This document shows, one piece after another, positions 19,224-29,704 of a stretch of DNA of 41,225 nt; positions within the stretch are counted from its first letter, which is position 1; the number at the start of each line of letters is the position of its first letter. The stretch is from positions 1 through 41,225 of the IMG/VR virus record IMGVR_UViG_3300036713_000359; one strand, 5' to 3'. A model generated the notes under the pieces. It was given only the letters and a program-made list of their open reading frames with translations. It did no database searches and was not told the origin of the DNA. Position numbers and translations under genes: made by a program. This stretch comes from a virus (lineage: Duplodnaviria > Caudoviricetes).

Positions 19224-19696
19224 TTGACTTCCCCGCCACATTACCCTGCTTTCAAGCGGGCCATGCGTATTCACAATTCAACACGGTTGCCAGTAGTGGT
19301 ATGGGCCATGGTTTGCAGGGCGTGAAGCGCATCGCGCCAGAATCATCGGTTTATTTCCCGTTATCGCTACTGCTGACCTCTGCCGAACTGGAAACGTTTG
19401 ATACATGGGTCGAAACAACCCTGGATTATGTGAACTGGTTTAATGCCACAATCAAAACCGCGAACGCGCTAGAAGTGCGCATTGTCAAATTCATTAAAAC
19501 AGACTACCAAAAGCAGTATCTAGGCGGTGACTACTGGCGCTTAAACTTTGAACTTGAAGCGGCTAAAAACAACTATTTCAGCGCGGATTCATTGGAATTC
19601 ATTTTAGCTTTTGGACTTCCGCTAGATGAATTACCAAACTTTTTCAATGAATTTGAAAACATTGCAAACGCAGATTTTTATGGAGTATTACCTTAA
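19220..19696 (+). CDS. Distal tail protein-like (copy B)
   Basis: IDFPATLP...ELETFDTW...NWF, similar to copy A. Confidence 0.65.
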   Translation: MIDFPATLPCFQAGHAYSQFNTVASSGMGHGLQGVKRIAPESSVYFPLSLLLTSAELETFDTWVETTLDYVNWFNATIKTANALEVRIVKFIKTDYQKQYLGGDYWRLNFELEAAKNNYFSADSLEFILAFGLPLDELPNFFNEFENIANADFYGVLP

Positions 19697-21844
19697 ATGG
19701 CATCATTACTAGAACAAGTAGAAGAATGGAAGCTCGATAAAATATCTTGCGGGGAATTTACGAAAGCTACGCCTGATTATGTCGCGCCACGGCTGGGCGG
19801 TTCATATCCGAATATGGCAAAGATTGCCGATACAGGCGCATGGGTGGTATTGGGTGACTTTGGCGATGTAGTCACTATTGAGATTCGCGGCCAGCTAATG
19901 CTTGACGGTTCAGGTGATACATGGCGCTATGATGGAACGTTGCCTTATACAACAGGCGTCGGAGATTTGCCAACCGACCCAAACTGGACACAGGTTGATG
20001 TAAGTCCAGACAAGGCGAGGATTAATGAATTAACTGGTCATTATATTGTTGAAACTAAAGCAGAAGCGGTTGCGCTTGGGGTTTTACCAGTTGGCACAAT
20101 TGTTGAAATTAGCAGTGACTCTGGTAAAGGATTCCGATGGGTAAGTGTTGCTTCATCTACCTATACAGACACAGGTGATCCTGATTATTGTGAGAATTTC
20201 ATTGAGGTTCTAGCAGGTGCTGGCTTGGAAAAATCAATTGTCAGCGGTATTTTAAATTATCTATTAACTAACGAGACACTAGATTCAGCCTATCGTCGAC
20301 GCAAAACAACAGTCATTAAAAATGACCACGTACTGACCGCACAACATATCATGGCAGATGGCGAGCGGTTACTCGGGGAGGGTATGAGAAATGGAACACT
20401 TTACAATAATACAACAGCACCTCTGCTGGCAACTTATGATGACGTTGGTGCTGTTAAAACTTACAATCAAGAGATTGATGGGGTAACAATTACCAGCTCT
20501 GACGGTAGTTTGGTAAACCCGAGCGCGGCAATCAGTATTGTCGATACTGGAAAAAACAGAGTAAGCAATTCATACATCAAGAAACACGCTATCGGTATTC
20601 AATTCGAGGCGAGTGTTGGTTACAACAGTAACGACTTATCATTAATACAAAATACAACTGCATTAAAATTCATCTCACCGTCAAATGTGGGCGGCTGCAC
20701 ATTTACGACATTTAATAAAACTGTAATCACACAAAGCACCAATATTTTATCGTTTGATGGATTTAGTCGCGGTCTGCATTTCAATGAATGTAGTTTCGAG
20801 GTATCAACAAATTTTGTGGATACAGCAGGAAACGGTGCATTACACAATTTTGTGATTAGGAATAGCTGGTTTGAGGGAATGACTAACATCAATCTCGATG
20901 ATGCTAACGTCGGAATTTTAGATACTTGTTATTTTGCGGGGGACAATACTGTTAGTGGTCATGTTAAAATACTAAATGGCCATGTTACTCCTTCCAGTGT
21001 TATAGGCCAATTATATACTGATACAGAAATTTCTGAAGTATCAGCTACTTCGATCACATATCCAGGGAATAACGCACAGCATGGGCTGTTGTTAACAATG
21101 CCTCAGATTGGCAGCGCGTCAACACCCGTTGATCACCAACAAAATCAAGCAACCCAACAATCGGTCTTAATGGCTTCACACGCTGGAACATTATTCGGCT
21201 ATTGCCCAAAACCGATAAAAAACCTGATAAACAAAATTTCACAAACGGCATACAATCCTGGTGGATACTGGCCCTATGGCGGGGCTACTGTAACAACAGG
21301 TCAAGCTGATATGTTTGGCACAAACACGGCGGCTACATTGTCTTCTGGTTCTGATAGGGGAAGTTCAAATATCCCCACTGTTGCAGGGCAATGGTACTCA
21401 TTTCAAATGGCGTTTGAATCTGCTGTTAATAATGTTTTTAAAATCACCGTAACGGGACAAACTGGCAGCAATTTATTAAAAACAAATGGTTATAAGGTTG
21501 GAGATGATGATGTGCGCGTGGTTCACATGCTATTTAAAGCAGATTCGGCATCCGTTAGAATTAATATTATTACAACAGTCGGCACTTTAAAAATACACCG
21601 TTTGGGCGTTTTTGCTGGAACTCAGTTAAGACCGATGATTCCAGAATTGAGAAATGTGGCCGTACCATTTATAAATAAGTTTACTAATATTGAGGCTTTC
21701 GCAGCAGCAGCCCCTACAACTGGGGAGTGGAAAGTAGGCGACAAAATAATAAACACAACTCCTGCTAGTGGCGGGAGTATTGGGTGGGTATGCACAACAG
21801 CGGGAACGCCTGGCACGTGGAAAACTTATGGTGTAATTTCATAA
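19697..21844 (+). CDS. Tailspike / receptor-binding protein with probable beta-helix
   Basis: N-terminal WRYDGTLP anchor motif, Asn/Thr/Ser-rich centre, C-terminal APTTGEWKVGD...GWVCTTAGTPGTW; AT-rich DNA. Confidence 0.8.
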   Translation: MASLLEQVEEWKLDKISCGEFTKATPDYVAPRLGGSYPNMAKIADTGAWVVLGDFGDVVTIEIRGQLMLDGSGDTWRYDGTLPYTTGVGDLPTDPNWTQVDVSPDKARINELTGHYIVETKAEAVALGVLPVGTIVEISSDSGKGFRWVSVASSTYTDTGDPDYCENFIEVLAGAGLEKSIVSGILNYLLTNETLDSAYRRRKTTVIKNDHVLTAQHIMADGERLLGEGMRNGTLYNNTTAPLLATYDDVGAVKTYNQEIDGVTITSSDGSLVNPSAAISIVDTGKNRVSNSYIKKHAIGIQFEASVGYNSNDLSLIQNTTALKFISPSNVGGCTFTTFNKTVITQSTNILSFDGFSRGLHFNECSFEVSTNFVDTAGNGALHNFVIRNSWFEGMTNINLDDANVGILDTCYFAGDNTVSGHVKILNGHVTPSSVIGQLYTDTEISEVSATSITYPGNNAQHGLLLTMPQIGSASTPVDHQQNQATQQSVLMASHAGTLFGYCPKPIKNLINKISQTAYNPGGYWPYGGATVTTGQADMFGTNTAATLSSGSDRGSSNIPTVAGQWYSFQMAFESAVNNVFKITVTGQTGSNLLKTNGYKVGDDDVRVVHMLFKADSASVRINIITTVGTLKIHRLGVFAGTQLRPMIPELRNVAVPFINKFTNIEAFAAAAPTTGEWKVGDKIINTTPASGGSIGWVCTTAGTPGTWKTYGVIS

Positions 21845-21848
21845 TACT

Positions 21849-22358
21849 ATGACAATATTACAAACATTATACGCAAGCGGTGGTACAGAAGTTCGAATGC
21901 CCTGCCTGTCATTCCGTTGCAGTGAGTGGGCGTCTATCCATATCTGCCAAGGCTATGAAGATATAACCGCTACGCTGGAGACAGCCGAAGTCGTCACATT
22001 CACAGCGGCTGATTTTGGCGCACAACTGGCAGAGCGTGGCAATGGTGGCAGGCAGAACTTGCAGTTTATTGTGGGTGTTACGGATGCGTACGGGCTGGAC
22101 AACGGCATACTGGAAAAAAGCGATGCGGCAATGGAAGCAGGAGCAAAAATCTTTGTGGATTACCGTGAATTTCTGTTGTCTGATTTAACCGCGCCTGCTC
22201 AGGCAGTGCAAACACTGACTGTTATGCCGTATGAGTACGAACTTGGAAGTCCCGTTATAGCATTCAGCGCGGGCACGAATGATACGGTGAATAAAGCATG
22301 GCCGCGCAGACGTTATACCAGCACTTTTGCACCGGGACTAAAATATTATGGCTCATGA
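21849..22358 (+). CDS. DUF1833-like tail tip protein
   Basis: LYASGG...GYEDITATLE...WPRRRY..FAPGL. Confidence 0.8.
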   Translation: MTILQTLYASGGTEVRMPCLSFRCSEWASIHICQGYEDITATLETAEVVTFTAADFGAQLAERGNGGRQNLQFIVGVTDAYGLDNGILEKSDAAMEAGAKIFVDYREFLLSDLTAPAQAVQTLTVMPYEYELGSPVIAFSAGTNDTVNKAWPRRRYTSTFAPGLKYYGS

Positions 22359-22749
22359 CTTTAGCCGCTACAAAATGGCTCAATATCTGGATGGTGGTCG
22401 CGGGAATGGTCAGTATGATTGTTGGGGATTGGTGCGCGAAGTGTTGCATGAATATTATGACGTGCCCGAGCTTGAAAGCTTTGGTGCGGTGCGGGCAAAA
22501 GACAAACTTAGTATGAGCAAAGCGGCGCAGGAATTGTACGATTTATTTAATGAAGTAGTCGCGCAGGAAGGAGTGCTAGCTTGTGTATATGTCGGCGAAT
22601 TATTGTGGCATGTCGGCGTAGTGATTAAAGTCGATGGATTATTGAAAGTGTTACATGCGGGTTCAGCGTTTGGCGTGATGATGCAAAGCGTTTCCGTCTT
22701 TGAAAAGCTATCAGACGGCACAATCAGGTATTACCAATGGCGCAAATAG
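22348..22749 (+). CDS. NlpC/P60 tail assembly protein
   Basis: GGR...YDCWGLV and HVGV...VLH motifs. Confidence 0.85.
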   Translation: MAHDFSRYKMAQYLDGGRGNGQYDCWGLVREVLHEYYDVPELESFGAVRAKDKLSMSKAAQELYDLFNEVVAQEGVLACVYVGELLWHVGVVIKVDGLLKVLHAGSAFGVMMQSVSVFEKLSDGTIRYYQWRK

Positions 22750-25193
22750 AAGTCAGGGATAAACTCAGTAATAAACTGCTTGAGCAGCATGAAATAGCCA
22801 ATGGCGAATCACTGCAACACTGGATTAATGTCAATATCCCCAATTACGATAAGGCACTGCCCACACGTTTTTCAATCGCTAAAAAAAACAGGCTGATACT
22901 GCAAAAGCAATGGGCTTCGACGGTTGCGAAAAATGACAGTGTTTTTGTTTTGTGTCCTGAGCCGGGTGATCCTGGAACAATAGGACTTTTTATCCTTAAA
23001 ACAATCGCAACGATAGCGATTAATTACGCAATCAGCGCCTTACTCGCACCCAGCGACAACTACAACCGGACAGTGCCAGAAGGCTCCAGCATCTATGATG
23101 TGAATGCGCAGGGCAACCGTCCGCGACTGAATGGGGTGATTCCTGAATTATTCGGGACGCATCCGATGTATCCCGATAACCTGAATCAGCCGAGCGCGAT
23201 CTATGTTGATAATGTATTAAAAAAGCGTTTTATGCTGAGTTGTGGTGTGGGTGAGTATGATATTCTGGAATCGAATATCAGTAATACGCCTATTGATCGG
23301 TACGGCACTGATATTGCCTCAGAAGTATTCGCACCTGGCGCTGATGTGAGTGGAAACGTAGCGCACCGGAATATTTACACATCGCCAGAAGTGGGCGGCA
23401 CGTCGGTCAATGTGGGCTTTGAGTTGGGTTTGACCGCTGAAATTGATCCGGCGGGAACAACGATGCCGACAACGGTTGTTTATTCACAGACTGAGGGTGT
23501 TAGCGAATTTAGGGCGTATCTGGCGGCTGATGGGACAGATTATGACTGGCCGTATGCAGTGGATGATTATATCCGCGTTTCAAGTTCCTGGGATTTTATA
23601 TCAGGTGATTACAAGGTTTCGGCTGTATCAACCAATATACTCACCGTAGTTAATCTGGACGGTTCGTCCGTAACGGATTTCAGGGGGCATAATTTAACCG
23701 CACTGACGATAGAACAATTAGAAGACCCAAGCGGCGGCATTGATGAGTATCACGGGCCGTTTCTTGCCTGCCCTAAAAATGAAACCACTGAAACCATCAT
23801 GGTCAATCTCTTCTATCCAGAAGGCGTTGGCAAACTAACACCTGATGGGACAATGGAAAACGTCTCTGTTGTTACAGAACTAGATTGGCGCGAGGTTGGA
23901 ACAACAACATGGACAACGGTTGAATATACCAAAACAGATAACACGCGCGACCAGCAAGGCGACACGCATACTATTACCCTGCCAAGCGCGATAACCCCAG
24001 AAGTGCGGATGCGCAAAACATCGGCTGAGTCGAGTGACACGTCAACGTTTGATAAAGTGCTTTGGCAGACATTAATGTCAATACTGCCAACCGTCACAAG
24101 CTATGCCGATATAACCACCATGGCCGTCGAGATAACAGGCACAAACGCGCTGGCTAATTCCGCACAAAATACATTCAACACACTGCAACAAAGAAAGCTG
24201 CCGATCTGGAACGGCACGTCATGGACTGCACCTACAGCCACCAATGCCATCGCACCTGTATTCGCTTATATCCCGAAGGACTGCGGCTATACCGATGATC
24301 AACTGGCACTTGATGAAATGTACGCGCTGCACACGCTTTGGGAAACGCGCGGTGATGAATTCAGTGCGGTATTCGATACGGATTCGACGCTTTATGAGTC
24401 ACTTAAAAGGGTTCTAGCAGTCGGTTATGCTGAACTGATACAGGATAACGGGAAACTAAAGCCAGTCCGCGACGGTATCCGCACCGACTACGGCCAGTTT
24501 TTCAGCATAGACAACACAACATCAATCAAAGAATCAGGCAATCATTATGACCCAGATGAAGCGGATGGGGTTGAAGTTGAATATTTTGATGTAGACACCA
24601 AAAAGACAGAAAAAATAACCTACCTGCTGTCTGGTGATGCAGGTATTAACCCAGAGCAAGTACGCGCTTTTGGTATAACGGATGCAACAAGGGCATGGCG
24701 TTTCGGTGCCAGGGTTAGACGCGCAAAAGCTTTCCAGCGCAAGAGCTATGCGATTGACACTGAGATGGAAGGCTTGAACGCATTGCCCGGTGATTTGTGC
24801 AGCATTCCGGGAAGGAAAACACAAATGGGATGGCTTGAAGCTGTCGCAGGCACCGTTTATACACTACAGTCAAAAGTAACCTTTACCGCTGGCGTGGATA
24901 ACTGGATCGGGCTGAGAAAGCCGGATGGTTCATTATCTGGACCGTACCTCTGTACACAGATTGATGATTACAACGTGAACATTGCCGCCGCGCTGGATTT
25001 TACCCCAGATGTAGACGGGCCCGCAGATCCACCATTATTCAAATTGGGAACGCTGGCTGAATGGCATACGCCGGTTATCGTGCGCAAGGTGTCACCCGGT
25101 ACACCGGACGAGACAGGTAGTATTCCGGTAGGTGTCGATGCGGTGATCTATGATGAACGGGTATTTGCTGAAGATGACAACGCGCCCGCCTGA
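22737..25193 (+). CDS. TipJ-like host specificity / central tail tip protein
   Basis: AQGNRPRL..IPELFG...YPD, GPF.ACP, DGVEVEY. Confidence 0.88.
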   Translation: MAQIEVRDKLSNKLLEQHEIANGESLQHWINVNIPNYDKALPTRFSIAKKNRLILQKQWASTVAKNDSVFVLCPEPGDPGTIGLFILKTIATIAINYAISALLAPSDNYNRTVPEGSSIYDVNAQGNRPRLNGVIPELFGTHPMYPDNLNQPSAIYVDNVLKKRFMLSCGVGEYDILESNISNTPIDRYGTDIASEVFAPGADVSGNVAHRNIYTSPEVGGTSVNVGFELGLTAEIDPAGTTMPTTVVYSQTEGVSEFRAYLAADGTDYDWPYAVDDYIRVSSSWDFISGDYKVSAVSTNILTVVNLDGSSVTDFRGHNLTALTIEQLEDPSGGIDEYHGPFLACPKNETTETIMVNLFYPEGVGKLTPDGTMENVSVVTELDWREVGTTTWTTVEYTKTDNTRDQQGDTHTITLPSAITPEVRMRKTSAESSDTSTFDKVLWQTLMSILPTVTSYADITTMAVEITGTNALANSAQNTFNTLQQRKLPIWNGTSWTAPTATNAIAPVFAYIPKDCGYTDDQLALDEMYALHTLWETRGDEFSAVFDTDSTLYESLKRVLAVGYAELIQDNGKLKPVRDGIRTDYGQFFSIDNTTSIKESGNHYDPDEADGVEVEYFDVDTKKTEKITYLLSGDAGINPEQVRAFGITDATRAWRFGARVRRAKAFQRKSYAIDTEMEGLNALPGDLCSIPGRKTQMGWLEAVAGTVYTLQSKVTFTAGVDNWIGLRKPDGSLSGPYLCTQIDDYNVNIAAALDFTPDVDGPADPPLFKLGTLAEWHTPVIVRKVSPGTPDETGSIPVGVDAVIYDERVFAEDDNAPA

Positions 25194-25646
25194 TTATTCG
25201 CGGTTTTTATCCAGCCACTCCGAATAGTCCTGGTAATTCTTTTTAAAATCTATTTCAAACCACGCCTGTTCATCATCGCTGTGGTTTCGTAGCCATTGGT
25301 TGATGAATACGGTGAGGCGCTGCGCCCTGGCGCTGCCCGGGTATTCATAATTGATGTGGTCTTCGGCAAGTTTCTGCTGGATAAAGGCTTCGGTGACGGC
25401 GCGCGGATAGGGTGTTTCCAGAAACATCGTGCCTTTTCCGGTGAGGAGCCAGTCGATGGATCCCCCAGTTTTTACGAAACCCCTCAAAACTTTCGGACCC
25501 AGCGGATTGTTGTCATAAACCGAATTTTGCAGTGTTCTTTCTGATACACCTATTTCTTTAGCAAAATCAGATAGTTCCATATTCCTTTCTTTCAGGAATG
25601 AAACAAGCCTGTTTATTTCACCTATTTTATTCTTATAATCACTCAC
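25194..25646 (-). CDS. XRE-family HTH repressor (CI-like)
   Basis: FAKEIGVSERTLQN helix-turn-helix and SIDWLLTGKG; divergent from the early operon. Confidence 0.85.
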   Translation of the reverse strand: MSDYKNKIGEINRLVSFLKERNMELSDFAKEIGVSERTLQNSVYDNNPLGPKVLRGFVKTGGSIDWLLTGKGTMFLETPYPRAVTEAFIQQKLAEDHINYEYPGSARAQRLTVFINQWLRNHSDDEQAWFEIDFKKNYQDYSEWLDKNRE

Positions 25647-25653
25647 TTTTTAC

Positions 25654-25683
25654 TTGACCTCCCGTAAAAACTAGGTGTAATAT
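25654..25683 (+). promoter_or_regulatory. Candidate early lytic promoter in the switch region
   Basis: TTGACC-18 bp-TAATAT, followed by several ACCAC repeats. Confidence 0.45.
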
Positions 25684-25720
25684 AACCACCACTGACCACA
25701 AATCACCACTGGATTATAGA

Positions 25721-25906
25721 ATGAATACTGAACAATCACAAAACTCAAAACAATCAACTTCGATGAAGATAAGACTCCCTCAAACGGTTTATGACCGATG
25801 TAAAGCACTGGCAGAGGAGGAGCGCCGCACCATCCACAATATGGTTGTGGTAATGGTTGAAGATGAAGCAGCAAGGCGTTGCAAAGAGATTGAAGACAAG
25901 CAGTAG
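25721..25906 (+). CDS. Ribbon-helix-helix (Arc-like) regulator in the Cro position
   Basis: MKIRLP..VYDRCKALAEEERRTIHNMV. Confidence 0.75.
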   Translation: MNTEQSQNSKQSTSMKIRLPQTVYDRCKALAEEERRTIHNMVVVMVEDEAARRCKEIEDKQ

Positions 25907-25956
25907 TTTAAAACTTTAAAAAACAAAAACTACGAGTAAACAAGGGCTGTTCTCAC

Positions 25957-26439
25957 ATGAATGAATTATTCACCACCGCACAGATCGCGTATTACGAGCT
26001 GGTGCACAATTTCAGGAAGGGCAAAACACCGAGCGGCGCGGCAGCACTGGCACCGCTGGTGGGAATGAACCCTGGGACACTGAACAATAAAGTAAACCCG
26101 AATATTGACAGCCATCACCTGAGCGCGGCAGAAGGTGTGGCACTACAGGCAGCGGCGCGTAATTACGCACCAATCAGTGCCGAAGCGGCGACCCTTGGGG
26201 GTGTTTTTACCCTGATAGAACCGCTGGATGACAATACCGACGAACGGCTTTTAAAACTGTTCCTTGAATTGCACGAAGAACAGGGCGAAACCGCTGAAAC
26301 GGTACGCATCGCGCTGGAAGATGGCAGGGTGAGTGCCAACGAACTGAAAGACATTACCCGCGAAGTATTCGAAGACATGGCGAAACAGATGCAGTTATTG
26401 CAAGCCTTAACCTCATTATCACAGGAGCAAAAATCATGA
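25957..26439 (+). CDS. Phage regulatory CII-family protein (186-type)
   Basis: GAAALA..VGM.PGTLNNKVNP...HHLS and ALEDGRVS..E motifs. Confidence 0.85.
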   Translation: MNELFTTAQIAYYELVHNFRKGKTPSGAAALAPLVGMNPGTLNNKVNPNIDSHHLSAAEGVALQAAARNYAPISAEAATLGGVFTLIEPLDDNTDERLLKLFLELHEEQGETAETVRIALEDGRVSANELKDITREVFEDMAKQMQLLQALTSLSQEQKS

Positions 26440-26603
26440 AAATCATAAAAAAAATGATACGTACCTTTAACGACTGGTGTGACCAGGCAGACAACCACCA
26501 CCACTTCCACAAACTCTGGTCATCTGCAGTTGGAATGCCGGGATATAACAAAGCAGACTGGATCAAGGTGCAGGAGCAACTGATCAAGAACAATATTATT
26601 TAA
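26436..26603 (+). CDS. 55-aa hypothetical protein (not in the ORF track)
   Basis: AGGAG RBS, ATGA overlap with the CII stop, FHKLWSSAVGMPGYNKADW. Confidence 0.7.
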   Translation: MKIIKKMIRTFNDWCDQADNHHHFHKLWSSAVGMPGYNKADWIKVQEQLIKNNII

Positions 26604-26685
26604 CCCTCTCCTCGCGGCATTTGGCGGGGTGTTAAAACCCTGCCCTTTTTGCCTTTTTGGACCCGTTTTAAATAAGGACAGAAAA

Positions 26686-26946
26686 ATGTATTTATCCATA
26701 CCAGAAGAAAAAGACCTGAAACGCCGCGAATGTACCGTGAATGCCGGCGCGCAGCTTTTACCCGCCGGGGTAACACTAATCCACTTTTATGATGCGCAGG
26801 GCAATAGCCCGTTAAAAGTCGCGTTGCAAAAAGATGAAGTGGATAAGTTCATCAAAATTTTACAACTCAGCAAAAAACGCCCTGACCTGGGTGAAATGCT
26901 GATGTTTTCCGATACAACAAAAACAACAAAGAGGGATCAACCATGA
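26686..26946 (+). CDS. Hypothetical protein
   Basis: AAGGA RBS before ATG 26686. Confidence 0.6.
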   Translation: MYLSIPEEKDLKRRECTVNAGAQLLPAGVTLIHFYDAQGNSPLKVALQKDEVDKFIKILQLSKKRPDLGEMLMFSDTTKTTKRDQP

Positions 26947-27215
26947 AAGACAGCAGCCGCAACAAGATTATCACTGGCTTATTTTTAGCCATGCTGATCA
27001 CCAATGGCTTTACAAAAGCAGAAGCCGCACCGCTGCGCTGGAGTGAATCGCAAAAGCAGGATCTGGCCAATTGCTACAAACACCGCGATGCGGTCTGTGC
27101 AAAGGAGTTTTATCAAATACACGAGGCGCGCCGTTGGGCAGTTCAGATTCAGGCGCAGGGTGATGATTTTGACCGTGCTGTGAGTGAGTTCATCCGCGAA
27201 TTGGGGGATTTATGA
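26943..27215 (+). CDS. Exported or membrane-anchored hypothetical protein
   Basis: Signal-peptide-like N-terminus ending AEA. Confidence 0.6.
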   Translation: MKDSSRNKIITGLFLAMLITNGFTKAEAAPLRWSESQKQDLANCYKHRDAVCAKEFYQIHEARRWAVQIQAQGDDFDRAVSEFIRELGDL

Positions 27216-27940
27216 TATCAAAAACAGAAATTACCTTGTTTGGAAGCACCTTTTTATTCGTATTTGGAGCGATGACACTTTATAGCGAGTACAAACAAGT
27301 GAGACCGGATTACACCATAACGCTAACCGAGAAAGTGCATTATCCACCCGTGATGCCACCGTTATTCATCCCGGCAGCACCGCAACCACTGAAGGCGCAG
27401 CCTGCCGTATTAAAACCGGCACCGTCAAAAGTGACCTACAGCGCGCAGGATGATTCCATTTTTTGGGACAAAATGCACCAGATCGAAAGCCTGGGCGGGA
27501 TGCTTAAATACCAGGGCGATGATAAGGATTGTAAAACAACCCGACGCTACTGCGGACATTTCCAGATCGGCTATGAAGCGCTTAAAGATATCAATTGCAC
27601 CAGCGCGCAATGCAAGGCGGACCGTGATGATTATGATAAATCACTGGCGATGGCGAAGCAGATACTAAAAAAGAAGCTGGCGCGGTTTGAGGTTGCTGAA
27701 AACTGGCTTAAATATACGTTGTACCAGCAAGGTGCCAACGGATTGAAAGAAGTCCACAGGGCGGCAAAAGGCCAGGTAAAGCTCTCAAAAGCAGCGCTTA
27801 AACGGCTGGCACGGAATAGCATGTACACCGTCCGCGAATTAAAGATGCTGGGCAGTAAAAAAGCGGCTAAAAGCTATCTGAATGAGTGGAAAAAGCGCTG
27901 GGATGATGCCGGATCGCTAAAAATTGCGAGTGGTGAATGA
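27212..27940 (+). CDS. Membrane-anchored lysozyme-fold protein
   Basis: TM helix, Pro-rich linker, QIES.G catalytic Glu motif, CGHFQI. Confidence 0.6.
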   Translation: MISKTEITLFGSTFLFVFGAMTLYSEYKQVRPDYTITLTEKVHYPPVMPPLFIPAAPQPLKAQPAVLKPAPSKVTYSAQDDSIFWDKMHQIESLGGMLKYQGDDKDCKTTRRYCGHFQIGYEALKDINCTSAQCKADRDDYDKSLAMAKQILKKKLARFEVAENWLKYTLYQQGANGLKEVHRAAKGQVKLSKAALKRLARNSMYTVRELKMLGSKKAAKSYLNEWKKRWDDAGSLKIASGE

Positions 27941-28589
27941 TATGTCGGATTTTAAATACTTCACCCGCGCCGAATTCAAAAAACTGACCGCCACCATCCG
28001 GCGTAATAAAACCATTGAAGCGAGGCGCGATTTAAACTGGATCAGTATTATGCGTTATACCGGCATCCGCCTGTGCGTGATGCGCCAGTTTACCCTGGAA
28101 GATGCTCAGAACTGCATCGCCAAAGGGCGTTTTATCGCAAGGGCTGAAACCAATAAGGGCGGGGTTCGCAAAGACCTTACAGTGCGGAAATCAAAAGCGG
28201 TGGATATGCTACTCACTGAAAAAGTCAAAGAAGCGCTGATTGACCTGATCGACATGCGCCGCGAATACAAGGCGATTCATTCAAGTCCTGAGTTGATTTT
28301 GTCGCGGATTGGCAAGGGTTTATCCGCCAGGAGTTACCAGGACAGGCTGGACCAGTGGAAAACCATTGCCGGGCTTAAACATTGCGAGGGTGTGAGTGTC
28401 CACGGTTTGCGCCATACCTACGCCATGATGTGGCTGGAATCATCGAGCAATGTACTGGGTTCGGAGCTGAAAGCCTTGCGGCAGTTAAGCAAAAACATGA
28501 ACCACAGTTCGATTAATTCAACTTTGATCTACCTCGATGCACTGAGCAAAGACCAGGTGGAACTGTGCGAACAGGCGGCGGCATTGTGA
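27924..28589 (+). CDS. Minimal tyrosine recombinase, catalytic domain only (start probably 27942)
   Basis: TGIR, HGLRH, NH and LIY catalytic set. Confidence 0.85.
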   Translation: MRVVNDMSDFKYFTRAEFKKLTATIRRNKTIEARRDLNWISIMRYTGIRLCVMRQFTLEDAQNCIAKGRFIARAETNKGGVRKDLTVRKSKAVDMLLTEKVKEALIDLIDMRREYKAIHSSPELILSRIGKGLSARSYQDRLDQWKTIAGLKHCEGVSVHGLRHTYAMMWLESSSNVLGSELKALRQLSKNMNHSSINSTLIYLDALSKDQVELCEQAAAL

Positions 28590-28831
28590 GTATCGATATC
28601 TACCCCCACACACTCAGCCCGCAGGATAAACGCATCTTTTTTGAAGGGGTAAAGAAATTGCGGCCACAACTGGCTGAAATGATGGCAAAAGATGCCTTTT
28701 TGCAGGGATTGAAAGACAAATTCGGCGCGGTGCATGTGTTTGATGAGGCAGAATATAAGCGGCTTTATCAGGCGGGGCTTGACGTGATTGAACAACTTAA
28801 ACAACAGGAGAAATCAAAAAATGAGCAATGA
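28586..28831 (+). CDS. Hypothetical protein
   Basis: GTGA overlap with the upstream stop. Confidence 0.6.
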   Translation: MSIDIYPHTLSPQDKRIFFEGVKKLRPQLAEMMAKDAFLQGLKDKFGAVHVFDEAEYKRLYQAGLDVIEQLKQQEKSKNEQ

Positions 28832-29102
28832 ATTATCAACATTAAACGATGCTTTGTTTGACCAGCTTAAACGGCTGAATGACACTGATTTAGAGGATAA
28901 ATCACTGGCCAGGGAAATAGAACGCAGCAATGCCATAACCAAAGTCAGTAAAGAAATACTGAACAGCGGCAGGCTGGAAGTTGATGCAAAGAAACTGGCG
29001 CTTGAGTATGGGGTAAAAGATGCAAAGAATACTTCAGTCTCCAAGCTGATCACCCCCGCGAATATGCCCACAGCACCACTGGCAAGGATAGGCGGAGCAT
29101 GA
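28821..29102 (+). CDS. Phage hypothetical protein of the type found before HNH genes
   Basis: AGGAG RBS; LNDALFDQLKRL...EIERS motif. Confidence 0.7.
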   Translation: MSNELSTLNDALFDQLKRLNDTDLEDKSLAREIERSNAITKVSKEILNSGRLEVDAKKLALEYGVKDAKNTSVSKLITPANMPTAPLARIGGA

Positions 29103-29704
29103 GCAGGGCGCAGAAAATAAGCTATTCAGCAGAAGAACTGGCGTGGGTAAAAAAGCATAAAACACTGGCAAGGCGCGAATTGACCTGGCTATTTAATCAG
29201 GAATTTGGCAGGGAGTTATCACATGAGCAACTCAAAAGCCTGTGTACTCGCAAAGGCTGGAGCACAGGACGGTCCGGTAAATTCTACAAGGGCCAGCCAA
29301 GGGTTGCAGGCTCTGGCGCAAAAGCGGCGAATAGAACATCGTTTAAAAAAGGCAGCAGGCCACACAACTACCTGCCGGTGGGCAGCGAGCGAATCACCAC
29401 AGATGGTTATATGGAAGTGAAGGTGGCAGACCCTGCAACCTGGAAGGCTAAAAGCTGGATAGTTTGGGAGGCTGAACACAATAAGCCGATGCCTAAAAAC
29501 TGGGTGATGCACTATCGTGACGGGAATAATTTAAATACTGAAATCGGCAACCTTGAACCTATCCCCAGGGCGCTGCAGGTCAGGTTAAACCAGCATAAAT
29601 ATAACACCGCACCCGAAGCGCTTAAAGCAAGCATAAAACTACTGGCTGAAGTTCAGAACGCCACTGGAAAATTGAATAAAAACACAAAGGAGGTAAACCC
29701 ATGA
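29099..29704 (+). CDS. HNH endonuclease-family protein
   Basis: FKKG..PHN..PVGSER, DGY and HYRDGNNLN...NLE. Confidence 0.8.
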   Translation: MSRAQKISYSAEELAWVKKHKTLARRELTWLFNQEFGRELSHEQLKSLCTRKGWSTGRSGKFYKGQPRVAGSGAKAANRTSFKKGSRPHNYLPVGSERITTDGYMEVKVADPATWKAKSWIVWEAEHNKPMPKNWVMHYRDGNNLNTEIGNLEPIPRALQVRLNQHKYNTAPEALKASIKLLAEVQNATGKLNKNTKEVNP

